This document shows positions 55,735 through 64,000 of a stretch of DNA of 64,000 bases, piece by piece. Within the stretch, counting starts at the first letter, position 1, and each line of letters opens with the position of its first letter. Under the pieces are notes generated by a model, which worked only from the letters and a program-made list of their open reading frames with translations, ran no database searches and was not told the DNA's origin. The translations under genes and the position numbers were made by a program. The stretch is taken from positions 4,610 through 68,609 of the forward strand of contig DATFJU010000016.1 of NCBI GenBank assembly GCA_035269015.1. The letters run 5' to 3'. Origin of the DNA: Patescibacteria group bacterium. Its GTDB lineage: Bacteria > Patescibacteriota > Patescibacteriia > Patescibacteriales > UBA12465.

Positions 55735-56553
55735 ATGAAAGAAAGAAGAAAAAAAACTTTTAAGATTATTAGTATAATTATCTCTTTGTTTGCTTTGATA
55801 GTTGTATTTGATACTGACAAAGAAGAGAAGGTGGTTTTCTTAGCAGTTGGACAAGGGGATGCTAGTTTAATATCCACTAAAGGTAGAACAATTTTAATAG
55901 ATGGAGGTCCTAGTTGGCAAGTACTCTTAGAACTTCCTAAAGTTTTAAAATATAAAATGAAGATTAGTGACATTGTAATTACGCATCCACACAGTGATCA
56001 CTACTTTGGTTTAGCAGAGATAATCAATAGATATAAAGTTGATAATATATATTATTATGATAAGAATAAAGGAAATGATATCTTTGAAATCTTTCTTAAT
56101 AATATTAAAACTAAAGATATTAATCTCATTAATGTAAAAAGGGGTGATAGAATTAGGCTTAGAAGTAATTGCTATTTGTATTTTTTGTGGCCAAGAGAAG
56201 AAGAGAGTAAAGGAAGTTTTGATAAGAACGAGCTCTCTATTGTTAATTATTTTAGTTGTGGAAAAGTAAAAATACTTTTTACAGGTGATATTTCTGGGGT
56301 TGTGGAAAAACAGTTGATAAGTATGAATAAAAGCTTAAAATTTGCGGTTTTGAAAGCAGGTCATCATGGTTCAAATAAGAGTAATTCTTGGGATTTTTTA
56401 AGTTTTTATAGCCCTAAAAAAATAGTGATAAGTGCTGGAAAAGACAATAAATATGGGCTTCCTAGCCCTGAAGTGATAAGTAGAGCTAAGGCGCTAAAAA
56501 TAAAAGTTGAAAACTTAATTGAGGGTAAATCTTATGAAATTTTAATAAAATAA
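55735..56553 (+). CDS. Stand-alone ComEC/Rec2-type metallo-beta-lactamase domain protein with one TM anchor
   Basis: FLAVGQGDASLI, ITHPHSDHYFG and AGHHGS motifs. No competence (DNA channel) membrane domain is present. Confidence 0.75.
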   Translation: MKERRKKTFKIISIIISLFALIVVFDTDKEEKVVFLAVGQGDASLISTKGRTILIDGGPSWQVLLELPKVLKYKMKISDIVITHPHSDHYFGLAEIINRYKVDNIYYYDKNKGNDIFEIFLNNIKTKDINLINVKRGDRIRLRSNCYLYFLWPREEESKGSFDKNELSIVNYFSCGKVKILFTGDISGVVEKQLISMNKSLKFAVLKAGHHGSNKSNSWDFLSFYSPKKIVISAGKDNKYGLPSPEVISRAKALKIKVENLIEGKSYEILIK

Positions 56554-56563
56554 GGTTTAACTG

Positions 56564-56592
56564 TTGACAAGTCTGTTTTTCTTTGCTATACT
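56564..56592 (+). promoter_or_regulatory. Near-consensus promoter in front of the sRNA candidate
   Basis: TTGACA (56564-69), a 17-nt spacer, then TATACT (56587-92). Confidence 0.5.
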
Positions 56593-56599
56593 TTCCAGA

Positions 56600-56749
56600 G
56601 TTAGAAAATTAAAAGTTTATAAGACCACTTGAAGCGGGTATGGCACACGACAAGCATGGGGAGGTCATCATCTTTGGTTTCTTAGGCTTAGGCTTAAGGA
56701 CACCGAGAGTTGATTTTCTTGCCTTGCCCGCTTGAGGTGGTCTTTTTTT
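56600..56749 (+). ncRNA. Candidate stand-alone structured small RNA (class unknown)
   Basis: A locally GC-rich block in AT-rich DNA. The closing helix spans 17 positions (15 pairs including one G-U, plus one G-G mismatch): 56622-56638 with 56727-56743. It is followed by U7. There are internal helices and a triple cttagg-like repeat at 56681-56699. No plus-strand gene lies downstream. Confidence 0.45.
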
Positions 56750-56799
56750 ATAGTTATATTTTATATAACTATTTTTTTATATTAAAGTCTTTAGTTTAA

Positions 56800-58662
56800 T
56801 TATTCATTATTATTTTCCTGTTCAGTGTTTTCTTCAATAATCACTTCTTCTGTAGAAGTGGCGGTTTCTTCTTCTTTCTCTTTTCCTATTAAACAAACTT
56901 CTTGCCAAGGTATATAGCGAGAATAGAACCTTCTTTCTCTTTCTTCAGCTTGGCCTTCCTTACCTTCAGGGTATGCTACAGTATAATCAAAATAAGCATC
57001 AGCGCCATTATGAGCGCTTTCAGTACATTTTACCTTACCAGGCTCCATATCTTCAGTTTCAACATATTTAGTAGGGGGTGGTGATTTAATATTGTATATT
57101 ACAGGGTAAGTAGTACTAGCTTGTCTGCCGTCATTAGTACCCCAAAAATCAAAGTATAAATCATTTCCTTCTATGCGATGTTGAATCATTATATGATTAG
57201 GGGTGTCATTTAAAAATCTAAAGTCAGGTTTAGGAGAATAAATAGTGGCATCTGTTCCAGCGGGTTCATAGTATGATACTCGATAGGAGTGATTTCTTCT
57301 TTCGGTTATTTCAAGTCCTGCGTCTAAAGCTGTTCTAAAAACTGTGGTTCCAATCTGACAAAGACCACCGCCATATTCAGGGACAGTTTCATTATCTTTA
57401 ATAACTAATTCAGGTAAATAATTATTTTTAGCATCTATATCTCCCAGGGCTTGTATTAAAGAAAATTCTTGTCCTGGTTTTATAAGTATTCCGTCTAAAC
57501 TTTCTGCTCCTACTCTAATATTATGTTTTCTGTTGTAAGGGGATATAGCAAAACTAGAATGTCCAGTGCCAATGATTTCTTTAATGCCAAGGTTTAAATT
57601 ATCAGAAGTTTCATAATTAATATCTGAGACAATCAAATTAATTTCAGATTCTTTATTTTTTAAAGATTTTTGAAGAAGCTCTGTAGTTTTATTTATTTTT
57701 AAATTTAATCCTTTTTCAGCTAATTGAAATTTTTTTACTTTTCCATCTTCAATAACAAAGTCTGCTTTTACAGGTTCTTTATCTATATTGGGAGCTATTT
57801 CTTTATTTAAGAATTCTTTAATTTTATTATCATTAAACTCAATAATTACCTCTTTATTTTCAGTTTGTTTGAAATTAAGCCATTTAGCAAAATCATCTTT
57901 ATCTACTTGCCATTGTCGGTTTTCATGGTATAAATTGATAGGGCTAATCTCCATTAGTTCATTAGCCTCATTTATTTTATTGTCTACTTCTTGTTTATAT
58001 ATTAGTGGGTAATCTGTTTTATCTTGAAGATAAACAGAAACATCTTGTGCTAAATCTAAGCTATGTTTTAAATCAGAGATAGCTTTTTCATAATCTATAA
58101 CCTTACCTATTTTTTCTTTTTCTATATAAATATTATTTTCATTATCATTGTTAACCTCAATAACTAATTTTGCATCTTGAGCAGGGTATTCAAGTTCTTT
58201 ATATTTAGCTTTAAGTAATTCTCCTATTTTTTTCTCTTCTAAATTATATACTAGTTTAACTTTTTTGCCATTGATTAAGGTACTAAAACTTTTAACAATA
58301 TTTTCTACAAAGGATTTATCTTTTCCATAATTAATAGCGTTCTTAGCAGTTTTTTTAGTGTCAAAAGACACTATGGGATAGGCTAAGTCAGGTTCAAATG
58401 ATGATATTGTGGGACTGAGGTTAGTCTTTTTATCTTGGTAATAGAAAGACATTCCTTCGTTATTGTATTTTTCAACCTCTTTATTTATTAAATTTTCTAT
58501 TTCTTCCTGGTCCCTACCTGAAAGATTATAGTTAGAAAAACTTAAGCCTGAAATCGCTTTATCTTTATAAGATTGACTATATGCAAAAGAAGCAAACACT
58601 AGGCTTGCTATAATAATTATTAATATAATAAATTTTACTTTGTGTTTAAGGAATAAATTCAT
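56800..58662 (-). CDS. VanW-family protein with an N-terminal anchor and an acidic tail
   Basis: GGGLCQIGTTVFRTALDAGLEITERRNHSY is the VanW core. There is a signal anchor and a long N-terminal repeat-like region. Confidence 0.8.
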   Translation of the reverse strand: MNLFLKHKVKFIILIIIIASLVFASFAYSQSYKDKAISGLSFSNYNLSGRDQEEIENLINKEVEKYNNEGMSFYYQDKKTNLSPTISSFEPDLAYPIVSFDTKKTAKNAINYGKDKSFVENIVKSFSTLINGKKVKLVYNLEEKKIGELLKAKYKELEYPAQDAKLVIEVNNDNENNIYIEKEKIGKVIDYEKAISDLKHSLDLAQDVSVYLQDKTDYPLIYKQEVDNKINEANELMEISPINLYHENRQWQVDKDDFAKWLNFKQTENKEVIIEFNDNKIKEFLNKEIAPNIDKEPVKADFVIEDGKVKKFQLAEKGLNLKINKTTELLQKSLKNKESEINLIVSDINYETSDNLNLGIKEIIGTGHSSFAISPYNRKHNIRVGAESLDGILIKPGQEFSLIQALGDIDAKNNYLPELVIKDNETVPEYGGGLCQIGTTVFRTALDAGLEITERRNHSYRVSYYEPAGTDATIYSPKPDFRFLNDTPNHIMIQHRIEGNDLYFDFWGTNDGRQASTTYPVIYNIKSPPPTKYVETEDMEPGKVKCTESAHNGADAYFDYTVAYPEGKEGQAEERERRFYSRYIPWQEVCLIGKEKEEETATSTEEVIIEENTEQENNNE

Positions 58663-58881
58663 TTATTTATTATCATTGGTGTTTAAAATTTCATTTAAAA
58701 TTTCCTTGCCTAGACTTTTCTGGTCTTGTTCTTCTTTATTGAATAATTTAATCTCTATTTCATCAGCAATTTTTATATCATTTGGCAGACTTCCTCTTTT
58801 TACTTTTAATTCTTCATTATCTTTGTTTTGTAAATAAACAAAGTTTTTTTCAATATTTTTAATTTTAAGTTTAATTAACAT
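58663..58881 (-). CDS. Small hypothetical protein (DUF3006-like?)
   Basis: 72 aa. Its stop abuts the VanW start, suggesting translational coupling. The family guess is weak. Confidence 0.4.
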   Translation of the reverse strand: MLIKLKIKNIEKNFVYLQNKDNEELKVKRGSLPNDIKIADEIEIKLFNKEEQDQKSLGKEILNEILNTNDNK

Positions 58882-58889
58882 AATATATA

Positions 58890-59291
58890 TTATTTTACTT
58901 TCACTTCTATTTTGTCAGTCTTTTTTAATTTAATTAAGGTAATAGTTAAAATACCATCTTCTAGTACGGCATCAATCTTATCTTCATCTATTTCTGTTGG
59001 CAAAATTACTGTTCTAGAGAAAGGGCCCCAATAGCATTCTTTGTAAATACTGTTTTCATTACTTAATTCTTCTGGTAAATTTAGATCACGGCGCCCTTTA
59101 ATAGTTAACATGTCATTGTGAAGCGAGATATTTAAATCTTCCGGTTTGGCGCCAGCCATGGTTGACTTGATGTAGATTTTTTTGTCTGTTTCGTAAACAT
59201 CTATAGATAACTGTCCTTCATTGTAATCTTCATCTAACCACTTTTCGTTAGCTGAAATATAATTTTCTTGATTTTGTTTATTTGAGTTCAT
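58890..59291 (-). CDS. Hsp20/alpha-crystallin small heat-shock protein
   Basis: DVYETDKKIYIKSTMAGAKPEDLNISLHNDMLTIKGRR...F.R...LP..ID.DKIDAVLEDGILTITL. Confidence 0.85.
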   Translation of the reverse strand: MNSNKQNQENYISANEKWLDEDYNEGQLSIDVYETDKKIYIKSTMAGAKPEDLNISLHNDMLTIKGRRDLNLPEELSNENSIYKECYWGPFSRTVILPTEIDEDKIDAVLEDGILTITLIKLKKTDKIEVKVK

Positions 59292-59336
59292 ATTATAATA
59301 TAGATAAATTAATTAATGATACTTGAAGGTTTTGTG

Positions 59337-59411
59337 TGGGTTTACCCTGACTTGAACAGGGGACCTCTACGATGTCAACGTAGCGCTCTAACCAAACTGA
59401 GCTATAAACCC
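59337..59411 (-). tRNA. tRNA-Val (anticodon GAC)
   Basis: Reverse complement: acceptor gggttta pairs with taaaccc. The anticodon loop is ttGACat and the T-loop is ttcaagt. No CCA is encoded. Confidence 0.9.
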
Positions 59412-59501
59412 CTTTTACTATAAAATAGCAATATTTAGCTAAAAAGTAAATATTAAATTATATTAAAAATAACCACTTGTGTGTGTGGTTATTTTCTTAT
59501 G

Positions 59502-59574
59502 TGCGCCTAGATGGAATTGAACCATCGACCCCTGCTTTATAAGAGCAGTGCTCTAACCCCTGAGCTATAGGCGC
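59502..59574 (-). tRNA. tRNA-Ile (anticodon UAU)
   Basis: Reverse complement: acceptor gcgccta pairs with taggcgc. The anticodon stem is ctgct/agcag with loop ctTATaa. The T-loop is ttcaatt and the discriminator is A. Confidence 0.85.
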
Positions 59575-59627
59575 AAATAATCTAAAAAAACTATTAATAT
59601 AAATAATAGCTGTTTATTAATTTAGCA

Positions 59628-60812
59628 CTATAAAGACATTTTCGCAAGTTTGTTTTTGACTGTTTCTAGGATTTTATTTTTTGCAATACTCATTTCTTGC
59701 TTAATACTTCCTTGGGCTATTTTTTGAGATCCTTGTGCTTGGTATTCTTTTACAATCTCTAGTGAGTTTATATTTTTTATGGAAAAGATAAAAAACTTAG
59801 TAATATTTTTATTATCTTTTTGAGGGTAGAAAATTATAATAATCTTTGCTTTAGGAATACTGGCAATCAATTCTTCAACTACTGATAAAAGATGTTTAGA
59901 GTCTGCTCCTGTATCTTTAAAGTCTTGAGTTGTGAGAGTGGAGTAGATAAGCTCTTCGTTACTTAAAGATTTTAAGTTATTTAAAACTTTACCCCATAAT
60001 TTTAATGATTCTAGTGATCTAGAACGATATAAATTGTTAATTATCTCTTCTCTTCTAGCTCCTAAATTAATTAACTGTGAAGTACTGAGTAAGGTTTTAG
60101 GAGTTAAGTTTGGAGTTTTAAAACTTTTACTTTTATAAATAATGCCAGCTAAAAGACAGGTGGCAATATCTTCATCAATTAAATCTACAGATTGTTTTTT
60201 AAAAATATTGAAAATTATTTCTGAACTAGACACTGCATTTAAATTAATAATATTAATTTGTCCAAATTCTTCGTTACTAGCGTGGTGATCAATATTAATT
60301 ATTGGAGTTTTATAGAAAAATTCTATATTGTTGTCATAAGTTTTACCTAAAGATTCTAGATCCATAGCATCAACAGTAATAATTAGGTCATATTTAAAAC
60401 CACTGGTTTGGGTGCTAATATCTTCATCAGTAAAAAAACCTTCTTTAGGGGAAACAATAAAGTTTAGTTTGTTTTTTTCTAAAGTATATTTAATTTGATC
60501 AACCTTAGCATTAGAGATATCTAAGGAAACAATAAATTTTCTAACATTATCTAAAGTGTTTTTTATATCTGAGAATCCAGGTAAAAAATTAAATATTTTT
60601 TCAGATGAAATCTGGTCAGAGTTATTAGATAAGCTTGGATCGGCTACAATATTAACTTGTTTTCCCATTTTCTGGAGTAACCAATACAAAGCTAGAGAAC
60701 TTGAAATAGCATCCCCGTTAAAATCTACAGAAAAAGAAATTAAAACATTCTTTGCCTTGTTTATTTCCTTAAAAAATTGTTCTTCCTTGCTTAACATAAA
60801 TTTATTAATCAA
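59628..60812 (-). CDS. DHH-family phosphoesterase (NrnA-like)
   Basis: DxD (NGDAISS) and DHH (NIDHHASN) motifs. The DHHA1-region glycine motif is not obvious. Confidence 0.7.
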   Translation of the reverse strand: MINKFMLSKEEQFFKEINKAKNVLISFSVDFNGDAISSSLALYWLLQKMGKQVNIVADPSLSNNSDQISSEKIFNFLPGFSDIKNTLDNVRKFIVSLDISNAKVDQIKYTLEKNKLNFIVSPKEGFFTDEDISTQTSGFKYDLIITVDAMDLESLGKTYDNNIEFFYKTPIINIDHHASNEEFGQINIINLNAVSSSEIIFNIFKKQSVDLIDEDIATCLLAGIIYKSKSFKTPNLTPKTLLSTSQLINLGARREEIINNLYRSRSLESLKLWGKVLNNLKSLSNEELIYSTLTTQDFKDTGADSKHLLSVVEELIASIPKAKIIIIFYPQKDNKNITKFFIFSIKNINSLEIVKEYQAQGSQKIAQGSIKQEMSIAKNKILETVKNKLAKMSL

Positions 60813-60926
60813 AATGAATTCTTTAAATATAGCTTAGTTAATATGTGCTGTCAAGGCATAAATAAGTCCTTTTTGTCGAATAAAAAGCCTTGTCATTCTT
60901 AAATTATTTTGGTAGTCTAAGTTTAT

Positions 60927-63533
60927 ATGGATAAAGTATATAGCCCACAAAAACATGAAGAGCACATATATGATTATTGGCAAAAGTCAGGTTTTTTTAA
61001 TCCTGATAATTTAGATTTACCTATTGATGCTGAAAATTATACTATTATTTTGCCTCCACCTAACGTGACAGATAAATTACACATGGGTCATGCTTCAACT
61101 ATAGCTATTGAAGATTTGCTTATTAGGTATCACCGCTTGAAGGGTTATAGAACGCTATGGTTACCAGGAACTGATCATGCAGCTATTGCTACGCAAAATG
61201 TGGTAGAAAAGAGAATGTATAAAGAAAAAGGAGAAACAAGACACGATTTAGGAAGAGAAAAGTTTTTACAGGAGGTAAATAAATTTGCTTTAAGTACTCA
61301 GGAAACCATAATTTCACAAATACAAAAAATGGGAGCCTCTCTTGATTGGAGTAGATTGGCTTTTACCCTTGATGATACTAGACAGAAAGCTGTAAAAGAA
61401 ATGTTTATTAGAATGTATAAAGAAGGAGTTGTCTATAGAGGGGAAAGGGTTGTGAACTGGTGTCCTCGTTGTCATTCTACCTTAGCTGATGATGAAGTAG
61501 AGTATAAAGAACAAAGAGCCAAACTTTATACTTTTAAATATAGTAAAGATTTTCCTTTTGCTATTTCTACCACTAGACCTGAAACTAAATTAGGAGATAC
61601 TGCCATAGCGGTAAATCCAAGTGATAATAGATATAAAGAATATATTGGTAAAACATATAAAGTTAATTTTGTTGGTGTTGATTTAGCTATAAAGGTAATT
61701 GCTGATAAAAATGTTGATATGAACTTTGGTACAGGCGCCTTAGGAGTTACCCCGGCTCACTCATTGGTTGATTGGCAAATGGCACAAAAAGAAGACTTGG
61801 AAATGATTAAAGTTATTGATGAAAGTGCAAAGATTAAAGATGGTTTTAAAGAATTTTCTGGTTTAAGTGTTTATGAAGCTAGAAAAAAGATAGTAAACAA
61901 GCTAACAGATAATGACTTACTTTTAGAAACTGAAGAAATAAATAATAATCTTTCTGTTTGCTATCGTTGTGATAGCCCTATTGAACCACTACCTTCTAAA
62001 CAATGGTTTATTGATGTAAATAAAAAGATTGAAAGATTAGATAATAAATCATTAAAAGAAAGAGCTTTAGCTGTTATTGAAGATAAAGAGATTAATTTTG
62101 TACCAGAGCGCTTTGAAAAAAGATATAAAGATTGGATGGAAAATTTGCATGACTGGTGTATATCTAGACAAATTTGGTATGGTCATAGAATACCTGTGTG
62201 GTATAGAGGCGATGAGATTTATGTAGGCACAGAAGCTCCTCAAGAAGAGGGTTGGCAACAAGATGAAGACACGCTTGATACTTGGTTTTCATCTGGTATG
62301 TGGACTTTTTCAACCTTAGGTTGGCCTGAAAAAACTAAAGATTTAGAGATGTATCATCCTACGCAAGTGCTAGAAACTGGTTATGAAATAATAACTTTAT
62401 GGGTTTCACGGATGATTATGATGAGCTATTTTGCTTTAGAGGAAGTACCTTTTGAAAACGTATATCTTCATGGTATGGTTTTAGATAAAAAGGGTAAAAA
62501 GATGAGTAAATCAAAAGGTAACGGTATTGATCCTGTAGATATTAAGGAAAAATATGGCAGTGATTCTGCTAGACTTTCGCTTTTAATTGGCAACACTGCT
62601 GGTAATGATTTAAAACTAGACGAAGAAAAAATTGCTAGTTTTAGAAATTTTGTAAATAAGCTTTGGAATATCTCTCGTTATATTATTAGTTTTGTAGATA
62701 GGGTTGATTTGGAAAAAGTAAAGTTAAATGAAAATGATTTTACAGTTTCAGATAAATGGATCTTTAGTGCTTTTAACCAATTAATTAAAGAAGTAAGCTC
62801 AGATTTAAATAATTATCGTTTTTCTCAGGCCGGTGAAAAATTAAGGAATTTTACCTGGAATGATTTTGCGGATTGGTATATAGAGATAAGTAAGTTTGAA
62901 AAAAACTCACAAAAACAAATTCTTTTGAACTATATATTAAATAATTTACTTAAACTTTGGCATCCGTTTATGCCATTTGTTAGTGAAGCTATATATCAAG
63001 AGCTTCATCAAAAAAAGAAAATGTTAATGGTGGCTAAGTGGCCAGAAGTTGCTGTAGATATTAACAATTTTGATAAGGAAATTGAGTCCATGAATTTGAT
63101 TCAAGATATTATTATAAAAATTAGAGAAGCTCGTAGTGCTAATAAGGTTGAACCAGCTAAAAAGATTAAAGTTTTAATTTATGGACACAAATATTATAAA
63201 CAAATTAAAGAGCAAGAGCTTTTAATTAAAAGTTTAAAAACTGGAATAGATAGTTTAGAGATACAAGAAAAAGGTCAAGATATTAAAGGAGAGATTAAGA
63301 GTATTGTTGGGGAAGTTGAGATATTCTTAATTGATGCTATAGATAAAGAAAAAGAAAAACTTAGAAGAGAGAAAGAAGTAAAAAATTTAGAAAAACAAGT
63401 TGAATTTTTAGGTAAACAGCTGGAAAATAAAGAATTTGTTGATAAAGCACCTGAAAAAGTAGTTAAAAACCAACAAGATAAATTAGATCAATGTAAAACA
63501 GAGTTAAAAAAACTTAAAGTTAAAGAGTTTTAA
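60927..63533 (+). CDS. valS: Valyl-tRNA synthetase
   Basis: PPPNVTDKLHMGHA (HIGH), KMSKSKGN, a CP1 editing region, and a C-terminal coiled coil. Confidence 0.9.
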   Translation: MDKVYSPQKHEEHIYDYWQKSGFFNPDNLDLPIDAENYTIILPPPNVTDKLHMGHASTIAIEDLLIRYHRLKGYRTLWLPGTDHAAIATQNVVEKRMYKEKGETRHDLGREKFLQEVNKFALSTQETIISQIQKMGASLDWSRLAFTLDDTRQKAVKEMFIRMYKEGVVYRGERVVNWCPRCHSTLADDEVEYKEQRAKLYTFKYSKDFPFAISTTRPETKLGDTAIAVNPSDNRYKEYIGKTYKVNFVGVDLAIKVIADKNVDMNFGTGALGVTPAHSLVDWQMAQKEDLEMIKVIDESAKIKDGFKEFSGLSVYEARKKIVNKLTDNDLLLETEEINNNLSVCYRCDSPIEPLPSKQWFIDVNKKIERLDNKSLKERALAVIEDKEINFVPERFEKRYKDWMENLHDWCISRQIWYGHRIPVWYRGDEIYVGTEAPQEEGWQQDEDTLDTWFSSGMWTFSTLGWPEKTKDLEMYHPTQVLETGYEIITLWVSRMIMMSYFALEEVPFENVYLHGMVLDKKGKKMSKSKGNGIDPVDIKEKYGSDSARLSLLIGNTAGNDLKLDEEKIASFRNFVNKLWNISRYIISFVDRVDLEKVKLNENDFTVSDKWIFSAFNQLIKEVSSDLNNYRFSQAGEKLRNFTWNDFADWYIEISKFEKNSQKQILLNYILNNLLKLWHPFMPFVSEAIYQELHQKKKMLMVAKWPEVAVDINNFDKEIESMNLIQDIIIKIREARSANKVEPAKKIKVLIYGHKYYKQIKEQELLIKSLKTGIDSLEIQEKGQDIKGEIKSIVGEVEIFLIDAIDKEKEKLRREKEVKNLEKQVEFLGKQLENKEFVDKAPEKVVKNQQDKLDQCKTELKKLKVKEF

Positions 63534-63548
63534 TGGTATAATTATTAT

Positions 63549-63938
63549 ATGACTTTGAAAAATTATCTTACATTAATGATTATAGCCACCTTAGCCTGTT
63601 GGGGTGCCTTTCTGTTTATACTTAATACAGTTAATCCAGAAATTACTAACTGGTTAGGTTTTATACTTTTTTACTCTTCTTTATTTTTAGCAGTAAGTGG
63701 TTTGGCGGCTATAGTAGGTTTTTTGATAAGATTTTGGCTTTTAAAACAGAAGTTAGCTTTTTATTCAGTGAATAGCGCTTTTAGACAATCATTTTTATTT
63801 GGCTTATTAGTAATTTCTACTTTATTGCTTTTAGCCAACAAATTATTTACAATCTTTAATGTCTTACTTTTAGTAGTTATTATAACCCTTATTGAGTTTT
63901 TCTTAATCAGTCATCGTAAAAAATATTATGAAAAATAA
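63549..63938 (+). CDS. Small membrane protein, unknown function
   Basis: Four hydrophobic segments. No family was recognised. Confidence 0.45.
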   Translation: MTLKNYLTLMIIATLACWGAFLFILNTVNPEITNWLGFILFYSSLFLAVSGLAAIVGFLIRFWLLKQKLAFYSVNSAFRQSFLFGLLVISTLLLLANKLFTIFNVLLLVVIITLIEFFLISHRKKYYEK

Positions 63939-64000
63939 ACTAGAACAAATAAAAAAACAAGCTTTAAATGAATTGCAAGAATTAATGGATAAAAAACTTT
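63928..64000 (+). CDS. pheS: 5' end of a gene running off the window (possibly phenylalanyl-tRNA synthetase alpha subunit)
   Basis: ATG at 63928, then MKNKLEQIKKQALNELQELMDKKL, which resembles typical PheS N-termini. Only 24 codons are visible. Confidence 0.3.
   Translation, partial: MKNKLEQIKKQALNELQELMDKKL

Noticed and set aside
55372-55973. Minus-strand ORFs at 55372-55641 and 55728-55973
   Set aside because: They lie opposite mscL and the ComEC-type MBL gene, both of which carry diagnostic motifs.
56681-56699. Tandem cttaggc-ttaggc-ttaagg as a possible CRISPR or microsatellite array
   Set aside because: There are only three 6-7-nt units with no spacers. It lies inside a folded RNA candidate and is far too short for a CRISPR array.
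56640-56735. 31-codon ORF (MAHDKHGEVIIFGFLGLGLRTPRVDFLALPA) inside the sRNA candidate
   Set aside because: There is no convincing Shine-Dalgarno sequence. The hydrophobic stretch is too short for a TM helix. The local GC enrichment plus the closing helix of 15 pairs across 17 positions are better explained by RNA structure. It is kept only as an alternative to test.
56600-56749. Identification of the structured RNA as SRP (4.5S) RNA, RNase P RNA, tmRNA or a Y-RNA
   Set aside because: I could not find the conserved helix-8 GGAA tetraloop with the GGAAGCAGC context. I also could not find the GAGGAAAGUCC-type RNase P motif, a tRNA-like 3' end or a tag ORF. The size is wrong for RNase P and tmRNA.
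50930-60926. T-box leaders upstream of tyrS, argS, glyQS and valS
   Set aside because: The upstream gaps are 1-114 nt, too short for a T-box riboswitch of about 200 nt. No T-box consensus or specifier-loop architecture was seen.

Overview
The window is visibly AT-rich and very gene-dense, and reads as bacterial chromosome. It looks most like a small-genome Patescibacteria/CPR-type organism. That lineage call is an inference from gene content, extended ribosomal proteins, a CPR-style VirB2-like pilin and the absence of outer-membrane genes. All calls rest on reading the supplied ORF translations for family motifs and folding intergenic DNA by eye; no searches or computations were run.

Most of the content is housekeeping:
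- Translation: rplS, the rpsF-ssb-rpsR operon, efp, tyrS-argS-glyQS, valS and a probable pheS start.
- Seven tRNAs: Leu-GAG, Val-UAC, Asp-GUC, Cys-GCA, Glu-UUC, Val-GAC and Ile-UAU.
- t6A synthesis: tsaE and tsaD.
- Envelope: a GT2, a sugar dehydrogenase, an O-antigen-ligase-like protein, lspA and a VanW protein.
- Also smc, gmk, ychF, an RND pump with its adaptor, an ECF sigma factor, uvrA, mscL and Hsp20.

No rRNA, CRISPR array, transposase or integrase was recognised.

The strongest candidate for an undescribed system is a same-strand operon at 33502-40301.
- It starts with a consensus promoter, a palindrome and an ArsR-family regulator.
- It encodes GcvH with its own lipoylation machinery (LipA plus a split LplA). 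No other glycine-cleavage or 2-oxoacid dehydrogenase subunit is in the window.
- Interleaved with these are a single-Cys flavoprotein disulfide reductase, a CxxC thioredoxin-like domain fused to a CcdA/DsbD-like two-cysteine membrane core, and a paralogous CxxC lipoprotein.
- I propose a lipoyl-GcvH-centred thiol redox relay.

Other notable items:
- A 1009-aa PilB/GspE ATPase made of two complete tandem ATPase modules.
- An SMC protein with no recognisable hinge.
- A UvrA lacking the UvrB-binding domain.
- A GC-rich stand-alone sRNA candidate with its own promoter and terminator (56564-56749).
- A structured 0.5-kb non-coding gap, and near-identical hairpin repeats bracketing tRNA-Cys.
- An Arg-type EF-P and a tRNA-Ile(UAU).
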